The notes below the pieces were generated by a model, which was not told the origin of the DNA, searched no databases, and was given only the letters and a program-made list of their open reading frames with translations. From contig OZ242212.1 of the NCBI GenBank assembly GCA_965206355.1, positions 2,096,271-2,160,270 of the forward strand: a stretch of DNA of 64,000 bases. Direction: 5' to 3'. Origin of the DNA: Candidatus Spongiihabitans sp. GTDB lineage: Bacteria > Pseudomonadota > Gammaproteobacteria > Arenicellales > Poriferihabitantaceae. Each line of letters starts with the position of its first letter. Position 1 is the first letter of the stretch. This document shows, piece after piece, positions 20,151 through 29,692 of this stretch. Both the position numbers and the translations under genes were made by a program.

Positions 20151-20289
20151 GAGACCTTTGCACGGAAGATGATTTCGCTTTCAGGCAAGGCAAAAACGCA
20201 CGGAATGAGGGAGTTTATGCTTATAAATGACCGATTGAGTACGATTTTAACGCAGCATGCAGGTGAAATGGCTTTCGTGCAAAGGTCTC
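20151..20289 (+). mobile_element. MITE copy 3 (139 bp)
   Basis: Canonical termini; 5-bp TSD TCATT on both sides; left end is 11 nt upstream of the tlpA ATG. Confidence 0.95.
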
Positions 20290-20305
20290 TCATTATTTTT
20301 ATTGG

Positions 20306-20363
20306 GGGGCTGTCCCAGATAACCCTAAAAACAATCCTAAAAGGTGTTATCTAGGATAGCCCC
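20306..20363. mobile_element. 58-bp mini-element made of the two IS1595-family terminal inverted repeats
   Basis: GGGGCTGTCCCAGATAAC ...22 bp... GTTATCTAGGATAGCCCC, versus IS ends GGGGCTGTCCTAGATAAC / GTTATCTAGGACAGCCCC; no clean TSD. Confidence 0.75.
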
Positions 20364-20408
20364 AAAAATATTCATGCTTTTTTCTCGCAAATTGATGTGT
20401 TTCTCATT

Positions 20409-20453
20409 AAACACAGGAAACACAGGAAACACCAAACACGGGAAACACCGGAA
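20409..20453. repeat. short tandem repeat, about 9-bp unit AAACACAGG x5 (imperfect)
   Basis: aaacacagg aaacacagg aaacaccaa acacggg aaacaccgg read directly. Confidence 0.8.
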
Positions 20454-20510
20454 ATTTAATTTCTATCAGGTGTTTTTTCTTTGTTGTGCTTACCAAAATA
20501 CAACACTCAT

Positions 20511-20705
20511 TTATCGTCCACCACACTCGCAATTAAAACTAGCACCAGACCAAGACCAAAAACCAATCAAATCAAAAATTGAAAGCGGGCCACCGCCTCC
20601 AACAATACTGTGTGCAATGCCACCCGCTACTGTCACGATACCAATTTGATTTGCCGCTGTCCGAACACGCTCAAAGTTGATTCTCATTATCCACGAGAAT
20701 ACCAT
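20511..20705 (-). CDS. hypothetical small Gly-rich hydrophobic peptide with C-terminal NCECGGR
   Basis: ORF only; no convincing RBS; lies between two MITEs. Confidence 0.2.
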   Translation of the reverse strand: MVFSWIMRINFERVRTAANQIGIVTVAGGIAHSIVGGGGPLSIFDLIGFWSWSGASFNCECGGR

Positions 20706-20732
20706 GTTTTTCTGTGTTCGGAATAGCTTAAC

Positions 20733-20871
20733 GAGACCTTTGCACGGAAGATGATTTCGCTTTCAGGCAAGGCAAAAACGCACGGAATGAGGGAGTTTAT
20801 GCTTATAAATGACCGATTGAGTACGATTTTAACGCAGTATGCAGGTGAAATGGCTTTCGTGCAAAGGTCTC
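20733..20871 (+). mobile_element. MITE copy 4 (139 bp)
   Basis: Canonical termini; 5-bp TSD TTAAC. Confidence 0.95.
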
Positions 20872-20911
20872 TTAACAATTGGGGCTCCTTTTATGCGACA
20901 TTCCGACCCGC

Positions 20912-23272
20912 TTACACACCGTTGAGCAATAATAAAAAAGCATCACTGCCCAGATAGCCATAGAAATTTAGTGATTTTAACAAAGTGCCATTACCATCAA
21001 TAAACAACATTACCGGAGGTCCAAAAACACCAAAGCGGCGTTTTAGTGCTTTATTGTCGGCATTGTGTGGGTCGGTAACATCAATCTGCACGGTGATAAA
21101 CTTGTCGTCTAATACGGCCTTTACCCGAGAGTCTGCAAAGGTGGTTTTCTCCATTCGCTCACAATCGAGACACCAATCGGCATAGTATTTGATGAGCAGT
21201 GGTTTATTATGAGCACGCGCATAGTTAAGCTGTTGCTCCAACTCATCGTTATTATGTACATCAATAAAGGGGTGCGAGAAGCTGGGTTCAAGCGGATTGA
21301 CAACAAATTTTCCACTTTCCGAAATGGTGGAATAAAGCGAGGACAACAGGTTTAGCGGTAGTGGCTTGAACATATCCCTTTGCCCGAAAAAACCGCCGAC
21401 GATGAGCAACATACCCCATATCAGCAATAAACTACCGATACCTTGTTCCAGTCGTAGCCAGTTTGAAGCGTGTGCAGGGGTTTTTCGGAACGCATCCATC
21501 AAAAAACCGAGAATAACAAAAAAACTGCCCCATAATAGCAGAATCGGCACCTGCGGAAGACTGCCCAGCAGATAGATTGCGACCGCAATCAGCATGAGAC
21601 CAAAACCGAGTTTTATTTGTTTCATCCATCTGCCCGCTCGCGGCATCAGATAACCAGCACCCAATCCAAGCGCAATTAACGGTAGCCCCATACCGACTGC
21701 CATGACCGTCATCAGTTGTGCGCCGAGTAGTGGATTACCTTGGCTAACCGCAATACCGAGAAAAGAAATCAGAATGGGCGAAACACAGGCACCGATAATC
21801 AGTGCGGAAACCAATCCCAATAAAAACACCAACGGGATGGAGCCACGCAGGTTGCTGGTTTTAGCCTGCACTTGCGATTGAATGAATGCTGGCATCTGGA
21901 TTTCAAAAAGCCCAAACATTGACAATGCCATAATAAAAAATAAAGCACTTAACCCACCGATCGCCCAAACATTCTGAAAATAGGCTTGCAGTTGTTCACC
22001 AGTCGCGCCAGCGAGCGCACCTATTCCAGCATAGGTTATGACCGTTCCCAAAACATAGGCTGTCGCAAGTATGCCACCACGGCTTCGGGTCAAATTATTA
22101 CCTTGACCGATAATGACGCTGGATAGAACCGGTATCATCGGCAACACACAGGGCGTGAAAGTCAACAACAGTCCGGCAAAAAATGCGCCCAACAACGTCA
22201 GCAACGCCGCTGAAGATGTCGCCCGCTCCACGTCCTGATTGCTGGCGACAGCACTCTTTGCTGAACCAGTCGCGGACACCCATTCGATTCGCTGGCTGGT
22301 TGATCGGGTTGGACTGGCTTCAGCAACCGCTTTGACCCGGGTGGCAATATTGAATGACTTGTTGACCGGCGAATAACATATCCCATCTTCTGCACAACCC
22401 TGATAGCTGGCGTGAATGAGCAGATTATCGCCACGCTCATTCTGCTCGCTCAGCTCAATAGCAAAGGAAAAATCGTTTTTAAAAACAATAACTTCACCAA
22501 AGTAGGGGTCTTTTTTAATTTTTCCCGCGGGTAACGTCAGTCGCTGAAGAGGGTTTTCTCCGTTATTGCCGAACTTGATGCTATCCCGATATAAATAATA
22601 GCCATCGGCAATGACAAACGCCGCTCTGATTTCATTTTGTGGCGTGGTATGGATACGCAATTTGAAGGCATCATCCACATCCAGAAAATCGGGCTGTTGA
22701 AATTCGTCTGCCAGTAATGCGCGCAGATTATCCGAATTAGCCGATTGCGCTGAGCTGGCAACACTGGACTGCAACGGCGTGGTTACGGGTTGCACAACAC
22801 CGACCAGCCAGTTTTTGTTACCCATATCTCGCATCTGCACTTTGTGGCGCATCGGTGGATAACACACGCCAACCGGCTCGTTACAACCCTGACCTATTGC
22901 AATCAAGTCGAATGTTGCTGTGTCGGCGGCGACAACCATATCAGTGGTAACACTGCCAGTTAAAACCTGCACATCTCCAAACAGCGTATCTTGTTTGCTG
23001 ATGCCAGTAGGAAACGCTACCGTTGACGTTATGGTCGCATTACCATTGATGTCAAAACCGAGTTTGTCTCGATACAGATAATAACCATCAGCAATGTCCC
23101 AATGCGCCTCAATGCGATCAGCCGTTAGCCATTTAGCACTGAATTTGAATGCCTGTTCCGTTGGCAACAATCTGGCAACATCCGCTGTCGCAATGCCGGC
23201 AACCCACCATAAAACAATCGGCAACAGCATAACCCGCAACCAAACAATCAGCAATGATAGGATTCCCGTCAA
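20912..23272 (-). CDS. dsbD: thiol:disulfide interchange protein DsbD with duplicated N-terminal alpha domain
   Basis: Membrane core CVLPMIPVLS, C-terminal thioredoxin YADWCLDCERMEK, and two N-terminal copies of IADGYYLYRD...QGC(N/A)E..G(V/I)CY(P/S)P; 786 aa. Confidence 0.88.
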   Translation of the reverse strand: MTGILSLLIVWLRVMLLPIVLWWVAGIATADVARLLPTEQAFKFSAKWLTADRIEAHWDIADGYYLYRDKLGFDINGNATITSTVAFPTGISKQDTLFGDVQVLTGSVTTDMVVAADTATFDLIAIGQGCNEPVGVCYPPMRHKVQMRDMGNKNWLVGVVQPVTTPLQSSVASSAQSANSDNLRALLADEFQQPDFLDVDDAFKLRIHTTPQNEIRAAFVIADGYYLYRDSIKFGNNGENPLQRLTLPAGKIKKDPYFGEVIVFKNDFSFAIELSEQNERGDNLLIHASYQGCAEDGICYSPVNKSFNIATRVKAVAEASPTRSTSQRIEWVSATGSAKSAVASNQDVERATSSAALLTLLGAFFAGLLLTFTPCVLPMIPVLSSVIIGQGNNLTRSRGGILATAYVLGTVITYAGIGALAGATGEQLQAYFQNVWAIGGLSALFFIMALSMFGLFEIQMPAFIQSQVQAKTSNLRGSIPLVFLLGLVSALIIGACVSPILISFLGIAVSQGNPLLGAQLMTVMAVGMGLPLIALGLGAGYLMPRAGRWMKQIKLGFGLMLIAVAIYLLGSLPQVPILLLWGSFFVILGFLMDAFRKTPAHASNWLRLEQGIGSLLLIWGMLLIVGGFFGQRDMFKPLPLNLLSSLYSTISESGKFVVNPLEPSFSHPFIDVHNNDELEQQLNYARAHNKPLLIKYYADWCLDCERMEKTTFADSRVKAVLDDKFITVQIDVTDPHNADNKALKRRFGVFGPPVMLFIDGNGTLLKSLNFYGYLGSDAFLLLLNGV

Positions 23273-23522
23273 CGGTGATTTTTGACCTTAATAGAAGTAG
23301 TTGATAAACCGGTATTGACCCTGCGATACATTTGAAGTTCAGTTTAACGTTCATCGTTGAATAAGCCACACAGCACAGGATGTCCGACCCTGCCGTTAAA
23401 TTCAACAATCGCACGAATGCTTTTTTGACACTGGAATATTTTGCATCAGCCCTTATATTGATAGCCCTTAGCTAAAAAATAGCCATATTATAGTGCAAGA
23501 TAGCCTTTAGCCGATTGATCAA

Positions 23523-23996
23523 ATGAAAACACTATTTTTGATTTTCCTCGTCGTTCCACTCGTTGAAATCTATTTGCTGATAAAAATAGGGAGCTTGCTG
23601 GGAGCAGGCACAACCATATTTCTCGTGGTGTTTACTGCCGTACTCGGCGCGTTTCTGGTGCGTGCGCAGGGTTTTTCTACATTATCCAGAGTGCAAACGC
23701 AATTGATTCGGGCGCAGGTACCCGCAGTGGAAATCATTGAAGGCTTATTTTTATTCGTTGCTGGTGCGTTGCTACTCACACCCGGATTCTTCACCGATGG
23801 CATCGGTTTCATATTTCTGACACCGCCCATGAGACGGTTGATCATCCGTAACATAATACATCGTGGCTTGTTTCGTAGCTTTGCGGGGATACCGACACAA
23901 TCCGAATATGACGGCAATGATGGTGCATACCCGCAACGCCGCCATCACAAGGGCAAGGGCAACATCGTTGATGCCGATTACGAGGATATAGACTAA
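23523..23996 (+). CDS. fxsA: FxsA family membrane protein
   Basis: LLIKIGSLLGAGTTIFLVVFTAVLGAFLVRAQG and LLLTPGFFTD(G)IGF motifs typical of FxsA. Confidence 0.8.
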   Translation: MKTLFLIFLVVPLVEIYLLIKIGSLLGAGTTIFLVVFTAVLGAFLVRAQGFSTLSRVQTQLIRAQVPAVEIIEGLFLFVAGALLLTPGFFTDGIGFIFLTPPMRRLIIRNIIHRGLFRSFAGIPTQSEYDGNDGAYPQRRHHKGKGNIVDADYEDID

Positions 23997-24132
23997 TTGG
24001 TAGCCGCTTCCGCAAAACCATTTTTTGCCAATGACCTGTTTGCCCCTACCCGCTCCTATCAAGCAGATATGACTGATATTATTTTGGGGCTGTCTCTGTC
24101 CATCCCTATCAATATCTTTGGCAATTCATTAT

Positions 24133-24271
24133 GAGACCTTTGTACGAAAGCCATTTCACCTGCATACTGCGTTAAAATCGTACTCAATCGGTCATTTATA
24201 AGCATAAACTCCCTCATTGCGTGCGTTTTTGCCTGGCCTGAAAGCGAAATCATCTTCCGTACAAAGGTCTC
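24133..24271 (-). mobile_element. MITE copy 5 (139 bp)
   Basis: Canonical termini (one T substitution). Flanks CATTAT / ATAATG extend the inverted repeat instead of forming a direct TSD; 10 bp from the tRNA-Pro 3-prime end. Confidence 0.9.
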
Positions 24272-24281
24272 ATAATGACAT

Positions 24282-24358
24282 TGGTCGGGGTGAGAGGATT
24301 CGAACCTCCGGCCCCTGCCTCCCGAAGGCAGTACTCTACCCGGCTGAGCTACACCCCG
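24282..24358 (-). tRNA. tRNA-Pro (anticodon CGG)
   Basis: Reverse complement CGGGGTGTAGCTCAGCCGGGTAGAGTACTGCCTTCGGGAGGCAGGGGCCGGAGGTTCGAATCCTCTCACCCCGACCA. Has a 7-bp acceptor stem, anticodon loop TTCGGGA, T-loop GGTTCGAATCC and encoded CCA. Confidence 0.93.
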
Positions 24359-24680
24359 AATTGATGCGAAGTACCCACTAATTGAATTAGCTTTGACGGG
24401 TTACGACAACACCACATCGTTTGCATTCGACTTTTTCCACACCACCGCCATCGCCAAACCCAAAGGTTTTGCTAATCACTATAAAATCGTGGAATCCCAA
24501 CCGACAAAGCAAACTACCCAGTAACGAGATTATATGTTGCATTATACGCACCCCATGATTAAGAGTATGACATTAACAAGCACTATAATACTGCAAAAGT
24601 GCTTGCGATTTGTCGGTAATATCCAAAGAGTTTTATGGCAATGGCAATGGATTTGCACTATTTGATGTCTTTGTGGTCTT

Positions 24681-25505
24681 ATGGCAGTAATGAAAAAATC
24701 CATTATTCTCATCATTGGCTTGCTGGTTTTTGCTGATAGCTTCGGATTGCCCCTCTGGTCTGAGTCGAAAATCACCCAACATTGGCAACAATATGCTGCC
24801 GACAATAGCGTTGCAGTTGATCATGATGCTTGGGATAAATTGCTAAAACGCTATATTTCCACCGTACAGGGCATCAATCTTTTCGCTTACAATGCGGTAA
24901 CGTCTGAAGATACAAATGCGCTTAAAAACTATGTTGAATATCTACAAACGCTGACCGTAACCACGCTTAATCGGCAACAACAATTTGCCTATTGGATCAA
25001 TTTATACAATGCTTTAGTTGTTCAGACCGTATTACAAAACTATCCCGTAGCCAGTATTCAGGAGATTTCCTCGACCTGGTTATTTAAGGGTCCGTGGCGT
25101 CAACAGCAGGTTGATGTAGAAGGTTTCGGTTTGAGTCTCGACAATATTGAACATCAAATTATTCGCCCCATTTTTAAGGACAATCGCACCCATTATGCGG
25201 TCAATTGTGCGTCAATGGGCTGTCCCAATCTGCAAACAACGGCATTCACCCAGCACAACCTTAACACACTGCTTGATTTGGGGGCACGGCAATATATCAA
25301 CCATCCACGCGGCGTATGGTTAAACAACAACCAATTAGTCGTATCCAGCATTTTCGATTGGTATGCGGAAGATTTTGGCAATAACCATCCGCAAATTATT
25401 GCCCACCTGCGCCGTTTTGCTGATGCCGATTTGAAAAATGACTTGCAAGGCAGACGGTCGATTGAGCGCTTCCGCTATGACTGGTCATTGAATGAGCCTC
25501 GCTGA
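24681..25505 (+). CDS. DUF547 domain protein (exported)
   Basis: Signal peptide, FAYWINLYNALVVQTVLQNYP and HYAVNCAS.GCP motifs typical of DUF547; start may be at 24690. Confidence 0.7.
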   Translation: MAVMKKSIILIIGLLVFADSFGLPLWSESKITQHWQQYAADNSVAVDHDAWDKLLKRYISTVQGINLFAYNAVTSEDTNALKNYVEYLQTLTVTTLNRQQQFAYWINLYNALVVQTVLQNYPVASIQEISSTWLFKGPWRQQQVDVEGFGLSLDNIEHQIIRPIFKDNRTHYAVNCASMGCPNLQTTAFTQHNLNTLLDLGARQYINHPRGVWLNNNQLVVSSIFDWYAEDFGNNHPQIIAHLRRFADADLKNDLQGRRSIERFRYDWSLNEPR

Positions 25506-25516
25506 CACAGTCGGGT

Positions 25517-26233
25517 ATGATTGCCGACAAACACATTACGCTAATCATTCCAGCACTCAATGAAGCGAACTCGGTTGGCAGAGTCATTGCCGACATTCCC
25601 GATATTATTGATCATATTATCGTGGTTGATAATGGTTCTGATGATGATACCGACCTAGTCGCCCGCTCATTCGGTGCCACGGTTGTGTATGAGAAAAAAC
25701 GGGGCTATGGCGCCGCCTGCCTCGCTGGTATTGAAGCGGCCGGACAAACTGACCTAATCGCATTTATAGACGGTGATTACAGCGATTATCCTGAAGACCT
25801 GCTGAGCCTTGTTGAAGCGGTAGCAGACGGCCGATATGCGTTTGCCATCGGTTGCCGACAAAATACCGCATCCAATTATGCCGATTTGCCGTTGCATCAA
25901 CGCTGGGGTAATTGGCTGGCTTGCTGTTTTATACATCTGTTGCATGGCTATGTGTTTAATGATCTCGGACCGATGCGCTGTCTCACTATGAAATTGCTGG
26001 CGCGTTTGCAGATGTCCGACACCAATTACGGCTGGACGACAGAGATGCAGTTAAAAGCCGCCATCCTCGGCGTATCGGTCTTGCAAGTGCCAGTCAGGTA
26101 TCGCCGGAGAGTCGGCAAATCAAAAATATCAGGAACGCTAAAAGGCTCAATAATGGCGGGATACAAAATTCTGTATTGGACGATTCGGCTTTTTCTGATT
26201 CATCATAAAAATCGGTTGCTCAATCCACGCTGA
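25517..26233 (+). CDS. family 2 glycosyltransferase
   Basis: LIIPALNEA...VVDNGSDDDT...DGD GT-A/GT2 pattern. Confidence 0.8.
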   Translation: MIADKHITLIIPALNEANSVGRVIADIPDIIDHIIVVDNGSDDDTDLVARSFGATVVYEKKRGYGAACLAGIEAAGQTDLIAFIDGDYSDYPEDLLSLVEAVADGRYAFAIGCRQNTASNYADLPLHQRWGNWLACCFIHLLHGYVFNDLGPMRCLTMKLLARLQMSDTNYGWTTEMQLKAAILGVSVLQVPVRYRRRVGKSKISGTLKGSIMAGYKILYWTIRLFLIHHKNRLLNPR

Positions 26234-27602
26234 ATGCGCCGCTGTTTTCGCGGTAGTCATAAAACAAAGCGGCAACGATAATCATAATCTCAAGGGCATA
26301 AGCCCATACGGCGATTTCATAGGCGTTAAGATTGGATTCAAGCAGGTTGATACCCGTCACATAGGTCAGCGACAGCGCAAGTGGCAATAACCACGCCCAG
26401 CAACTTGGTCGAATGACGGCGAAAGGTAACAGCCAGAGCATATACCAAGGGTTTGCCACCGGCGACAGTACAAAAAACAGACCGAAAATCCAGTCAAATC
26501 TTGGGATGATGTATGCCCGATTAGCCGCAGAGACGCTGTTGACAAAGGGAGCATGGTAACGATAAAAATAATAACACCACCACCCCGCAAACAGCCCCAG
26601 ACACACCCCCCGCGCCATTAAGTCTGGCAGGAAATGGCGCAATAACAGGAATACACTGGCATTGAATTGCCAGTGTTGCATAAAAACACCCAGCACCCAC
26701 ATATCCGTATTAAGCGTATCCGCATTAGCGAGCAGTAAAAAAGGCAGATACAGCGCCAGCAACAAGATGGCAACCAGCAAGCCATAGCGAAACTTCTGTT
26801 GGTATAGAAAATAAGGCAAGGCTAAAACAGCAAATATCTTGCTCGCACAGGCAAGCGCAATCAGTACTGCCGCCAGTGCTGATTTTTGGTGATAGCGGGC
26901 AGTCAACGCGGCCATTAGAAAGAATACACCGACAATATCAGGATGGGCAGTAAACGCGATTTCCTTGAGCACTAATGGATTCCATGCGTATAGCAGGACA
27001 TTTCTGGCATCCGCAAAACGACACAGTATTAATATCACGCCAATATCAAACAGCACGAAAATAATTTGTAGCAGATTGATATTGGCCGTCGCAATGAGAT
27101 GGGAAAACGCGAAAATATATTGTAGTAACGGCGCATAAATGGTCGGCAAATCAGGGTTATTGACCCGATTCAGCAGGTATTGGCATTCCTGCGCAAGAGA
27201 ATGGGTATGGAATAACGATTCCGGCGTAATACCATAAGGCGATCCGCTAGCCACAAAAACGCAGCCATCCAGCAGATAGCGGTAAAAATCATCTTCCAGC
27301 ATCGGCGATCCGACAATGCCAATCACCCTGAAAACGATTGCCCAAAACAGCACAGCGGCATAGCTCGGCGTTAAATTATTGTGCCGCAGATACAACCAAT
27401 ATAACAACACCAGCAAGCCAATCGCCCAGTAGCTCCCCAAAAAATCAACTAATGCGATGCCAGCATCATGATTTGATTGCATTGCCAGATAGGCGTAACC
27501 CAGTGTGCAGGTCAAACCCACACAGATCAAAATATAAACTGGCTGCCCAGGCAAATTTTTCCTGTGCAATTTCTTGAAAAAACTAAGTGTATTGACGTGC
27601 AA
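26220..27602 (-). CDS. polytopic membrane protein, putative GT-C type (GT87/DUF2029-like) glycosyltransferase
   Basis: 460 aa, more than 10 TM segments, EDDFYRY motif in an early loop; convergent with the GT2 gene. Confidence 0.5.
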   Translation of the reverse strand: MHVNTLSFFKKLHRKNLPGQPVYILICVGLTCTLGYAYLAMQSNHDAGIALVDFLGSYWAIGLLVLLYWLYLRHNNLTPSYAAVLFWAIVFRVIGIVGSPMLEDDFYRYLLDGCVFVASGSPYGITPESLFHTHSLAQECQYLLNRVNNPDLPTIYAPLLQYIFAFSHLIATANINLLQIIFVLFDIGVILILCRFADARNVLLYAWNPLVLKEIAFTAHPDIVGVFFLMAALTARYHQKSALAAVLIALACASKIFAVLALPYFLYQQKFRYGLLVAILLLALYLPFLLLANADTLNTDMWVLGVFMQHWQFNASVFLLLRHFLPDLMARGVCLGLFAGWWCYYFYRYHAPFVNSVSAANRAYIIPRFDWIFGLFFVLSPVANPWYMLWLLPFAVIRPSCWAWLLPLALSLTYVTGINLLESNLNAYEIAVWAYALEIMIIVAALFYDYRENSGAFSVD

Positions 27603-27680
27603 CAGTTATGCAACAGGGTTAGTTAAGTTGCGGTTTTGATTTTGGTTTGAGCTTAATGACGTAACGCGAACCGACAATGA

Positions 27681-28922
27681 TTAACGGCTGAGTTTTTTCG
27701 CAACACTGCCGATAGTCAGCCCCTGCACAACAATGGAAAAAATCACGATAGCGTAAGTAATCACCAGAAAAATATCGCGCTCAACACCATCGGGCAAGGT
27801 CAATGCCAATGCCACCGAAATACCACCGCGCAGTCCACCCCATACCAGTATTTTCACCACATTTGCGCTATATTGCCATGAAGTCAGCGTCCGTAGCATA
27901 GTAATAGGGATGCCCACACTAATCAGTCTAACGATCAAAACCAGTGGAATCGCCAGTAGCCCTGCCAGTAAATACGATTCTTTGAACTGTAAAACCAACA
28001 CTTCCATGCCGATCAGGACGAACAAAACTACGTTCAGCATTTCATCCAACAACTCCCAGAAGTTATCCAGTCGTTGTCGGGTAACCGTAGACATCGCATA
28101 GGAGCGACCATGATTGCCAATCAGCAATCCAGCAACGACAACGGCAATCGGTCCTGAAGTGTGCATTTCGTGTGCCAGCGTATAACCGCCCACAACCAGA
28201 GCAAGTGTTATGAGAATTTCGACCTGATAGTTATCAACACTCTTTAACAGATAGAATCCAAAGGAACCCAGTAACAGACCGAAAATGACACCACCTACCG
28301 CCTCTTTAACGAACATCAGGGCAACCTGTGTCGCCGACACCTGTTCGGGTTGCAGCACGATACTCAAAATCACCACAAAAACCACAACACCGACACCGTC
28401 ATTGAACAATGATTCTCCGGCGATTTTGGTTTCCAGACTTTTGGCAATTCCAGCACTTTTTAATGTTGACATCACGGCAATGGGATCGGTCGGTGAAATT
28501 AATGCACCAAATAACAGGCAGTACATAAAGGCGACGTTGAAACCAAGCAACGTCAACAACACCCACATTGCCCCCCCGACCAGAAAAGTGGACAACACCA
28601 CACCCAGCGTAGCCAAGACAGTAATAGTCCACTTCATAGCAGCAAGGTCTTTGGCACTAACATGCAGGGCACCCGCAAACAGTAAAAAACTCAACATCCC
28701 CTCCATCAGTGCTTTATTAAAGTCAATGCCAGACAATATATTCTCGGCAAAGCGGTGAATATTAACAATTCCGAACAGCTCCAGCAGGATAACCACCAGC
28801 GAAGTCACCAGCGCAATCAGCATAACACCAATGATGGTGGGCAGACCGATGAATCGAAAATTGATATAGGAAAATGTCGCCGACAGCGTCAGAATAATGG
28901 CTATCAGATTTATGATGTTCAT
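27681..28922 (-). CDS. Na+/H+ antiporter, CPA1 (NhaP-type)
   Basis: 413 aa, 11-12 [11 protein letters not shown] and ESLFNDG motifs of CPA1 exchangers. Confidence 0.82.
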   Translation of the reverse strand: MNIINLIAIILTLSATFSYINFRFIGLPTIIGVMLIALVTSLVVILLELFGIVNIHRFAENILSGIDFNKALMEGMLSFLLFAGALHVSAKDLAAMKWTITVLATLGVVLSTFLVGGAMWVLLTLLGFNVAFMYCLLFGALISPTDPIAVMSTLKSAGIAKSLETKIAGESLFNDGVGVVVFVVILSIVLQPEQVSATQVALMFVKEAVGGVIFGLLLGSFGFYLLKSVDNYQVEILITLALVVGGYTLAHEMHTSGPIAVVVAGLLIGNHGRSYAMSTVTRQRLDNFWELLDEMLNVVLFVLIGMEVLVLQFKESYLLAGLLAIPLVLIVRLISVGIPITMLRTLTSWQYSANVVKILVWGGLRGGISVALALTLPDGVERDIFLVITYAIVIFSIVVQGLTIGSVAKKLSR

Positions 28923-28991
28923 AGGCGTAAAATTAGCGTAGAGTTAAATTTTTTGCTTATTCCATCATTATGCTGGCATTATGCCTGGCCA

Positions 28992-29435
28992 TTATTGCTT
29001 TACCCAACGTTCTGTTTGCCGGGCCGTGGATTGAAGGGTTTCCTTTTTCCAGAATGTAGCGTTTGATTTTAAGTACTCCATTATTTGCCGACAGCTATCA
29101 AATGCGGCGGCTCGGTGAATTGACCACGCTGCCACCAAAACAATAGGGTCATTGGGTTTGATGTCGCCGACCCGATGCACAATGATGACATCAAGGAGCT
29201 GATGCTGCAACAAGGCTTGCTCGGCTATCCGCGATAACTGACGTTCTGTCATACCTTGATAATGCTGCAAATACATCTTTTTTACGCTCTCACCGCGGTT
29301 GAAATCCCGCATCGTGCCCACAAACATTGCACAAGCACCATAGCTACCCGCCACTAATGCGGAATTTTCCTGATAATGGCTGACCTCTTGCCAAGGATCA
29401 AAAGCCTGCTTTCGTATTTCGATTAACATACTCAA
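28992..29435 (-). CDS. moaE: molybdopterin synthase catalytic subunit
   Basis: 147 aa, GA(C/I)..FVGTMRD...IVLVAAWS.HR MoaE pattern; overlaps moaD. Confidence 0.88.
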   Translation of the reverse strand: MSMLIEIRKQAFDPWQEVSHYQENSALVAGSYGACAMFVGTMRDFNRGESVKKMYLQHYQGMTERQLSRIAEQALLQHQLLDVIIVHRVGDIKPNDPIVLVAAWSIHRAAAFDSCRQIMEYLKSNATFWKKETLQSTARQTERWVKQ

Positions 29436-29692
29436 CCCCCGTTCACCGGCGGGAAAAATGCCACCTCATCACCGTCTTTCAGCCTCTGTTTGAAGTCAGC
29501 ATATTCATAATTAACCGCACAAAGCAGGTTTTTAGGTGGTGGAAGATTGACCACATCACGCCACACATCCTCAATAGTGAACGGCACTTTATGCGCAACG
29601 ACTTTTTGATTGAATCCAAGCTCCTCGCTCAGACTGGCGAAAAATTTTACCGTAATGCTCATGATATTGAAATCGTTATGAACCAAAGACAA
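29432..29692 (-). CDS. moaD: molybdopterin synthase sulfur-carrier subunit
   Basis: Ubiquitin-like small protein ending ...FFPPVNGG; likely start at MSITVKFFA (29662). Confidence 0.85.
   Translation of the reverse strand: MSLVHNDFNIMSITVKFFASLSEELGFNQKVVAHKVPFTIEDVWRDVVNLPPPKNLLCAVNYEYADFKQRLKDGDEVAFFPPVNGG

Noticed and set aside
20169-20354. Recurrent ~40-codon ORF inside every MITE copy (MISLSGKAKTHGMREFMLINDRLSTILTQHAGEMAFVQRS...; also at 6502-6684, 20751-20957, 24059-24253, 11203-11448)
   Set aside because: The conservation is at nucleotide level across a mobile repeat. The ORFs run out into unrelated flanks with different ends, lack an RBS, and are far too small for a transposase.
20151-20871. 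MITE copies 3 and 4 (same orientation) acting as a composite transposon carrying 20290-20732
   Set aside because: Each copy has its own matching 5-bp TSD on both sides (TCATT and TTAAC). They inserted independently rather than moving as one unit.
23461-23512. Two copies of ATAGCC(C/T)TTAGC 39 bp apart upstream of fxsA, as a possible operator
   Set aside because: The match is short (12 bp) and lies in an AT-rich spacer. Without conservation data it is not distinguishable from chance.
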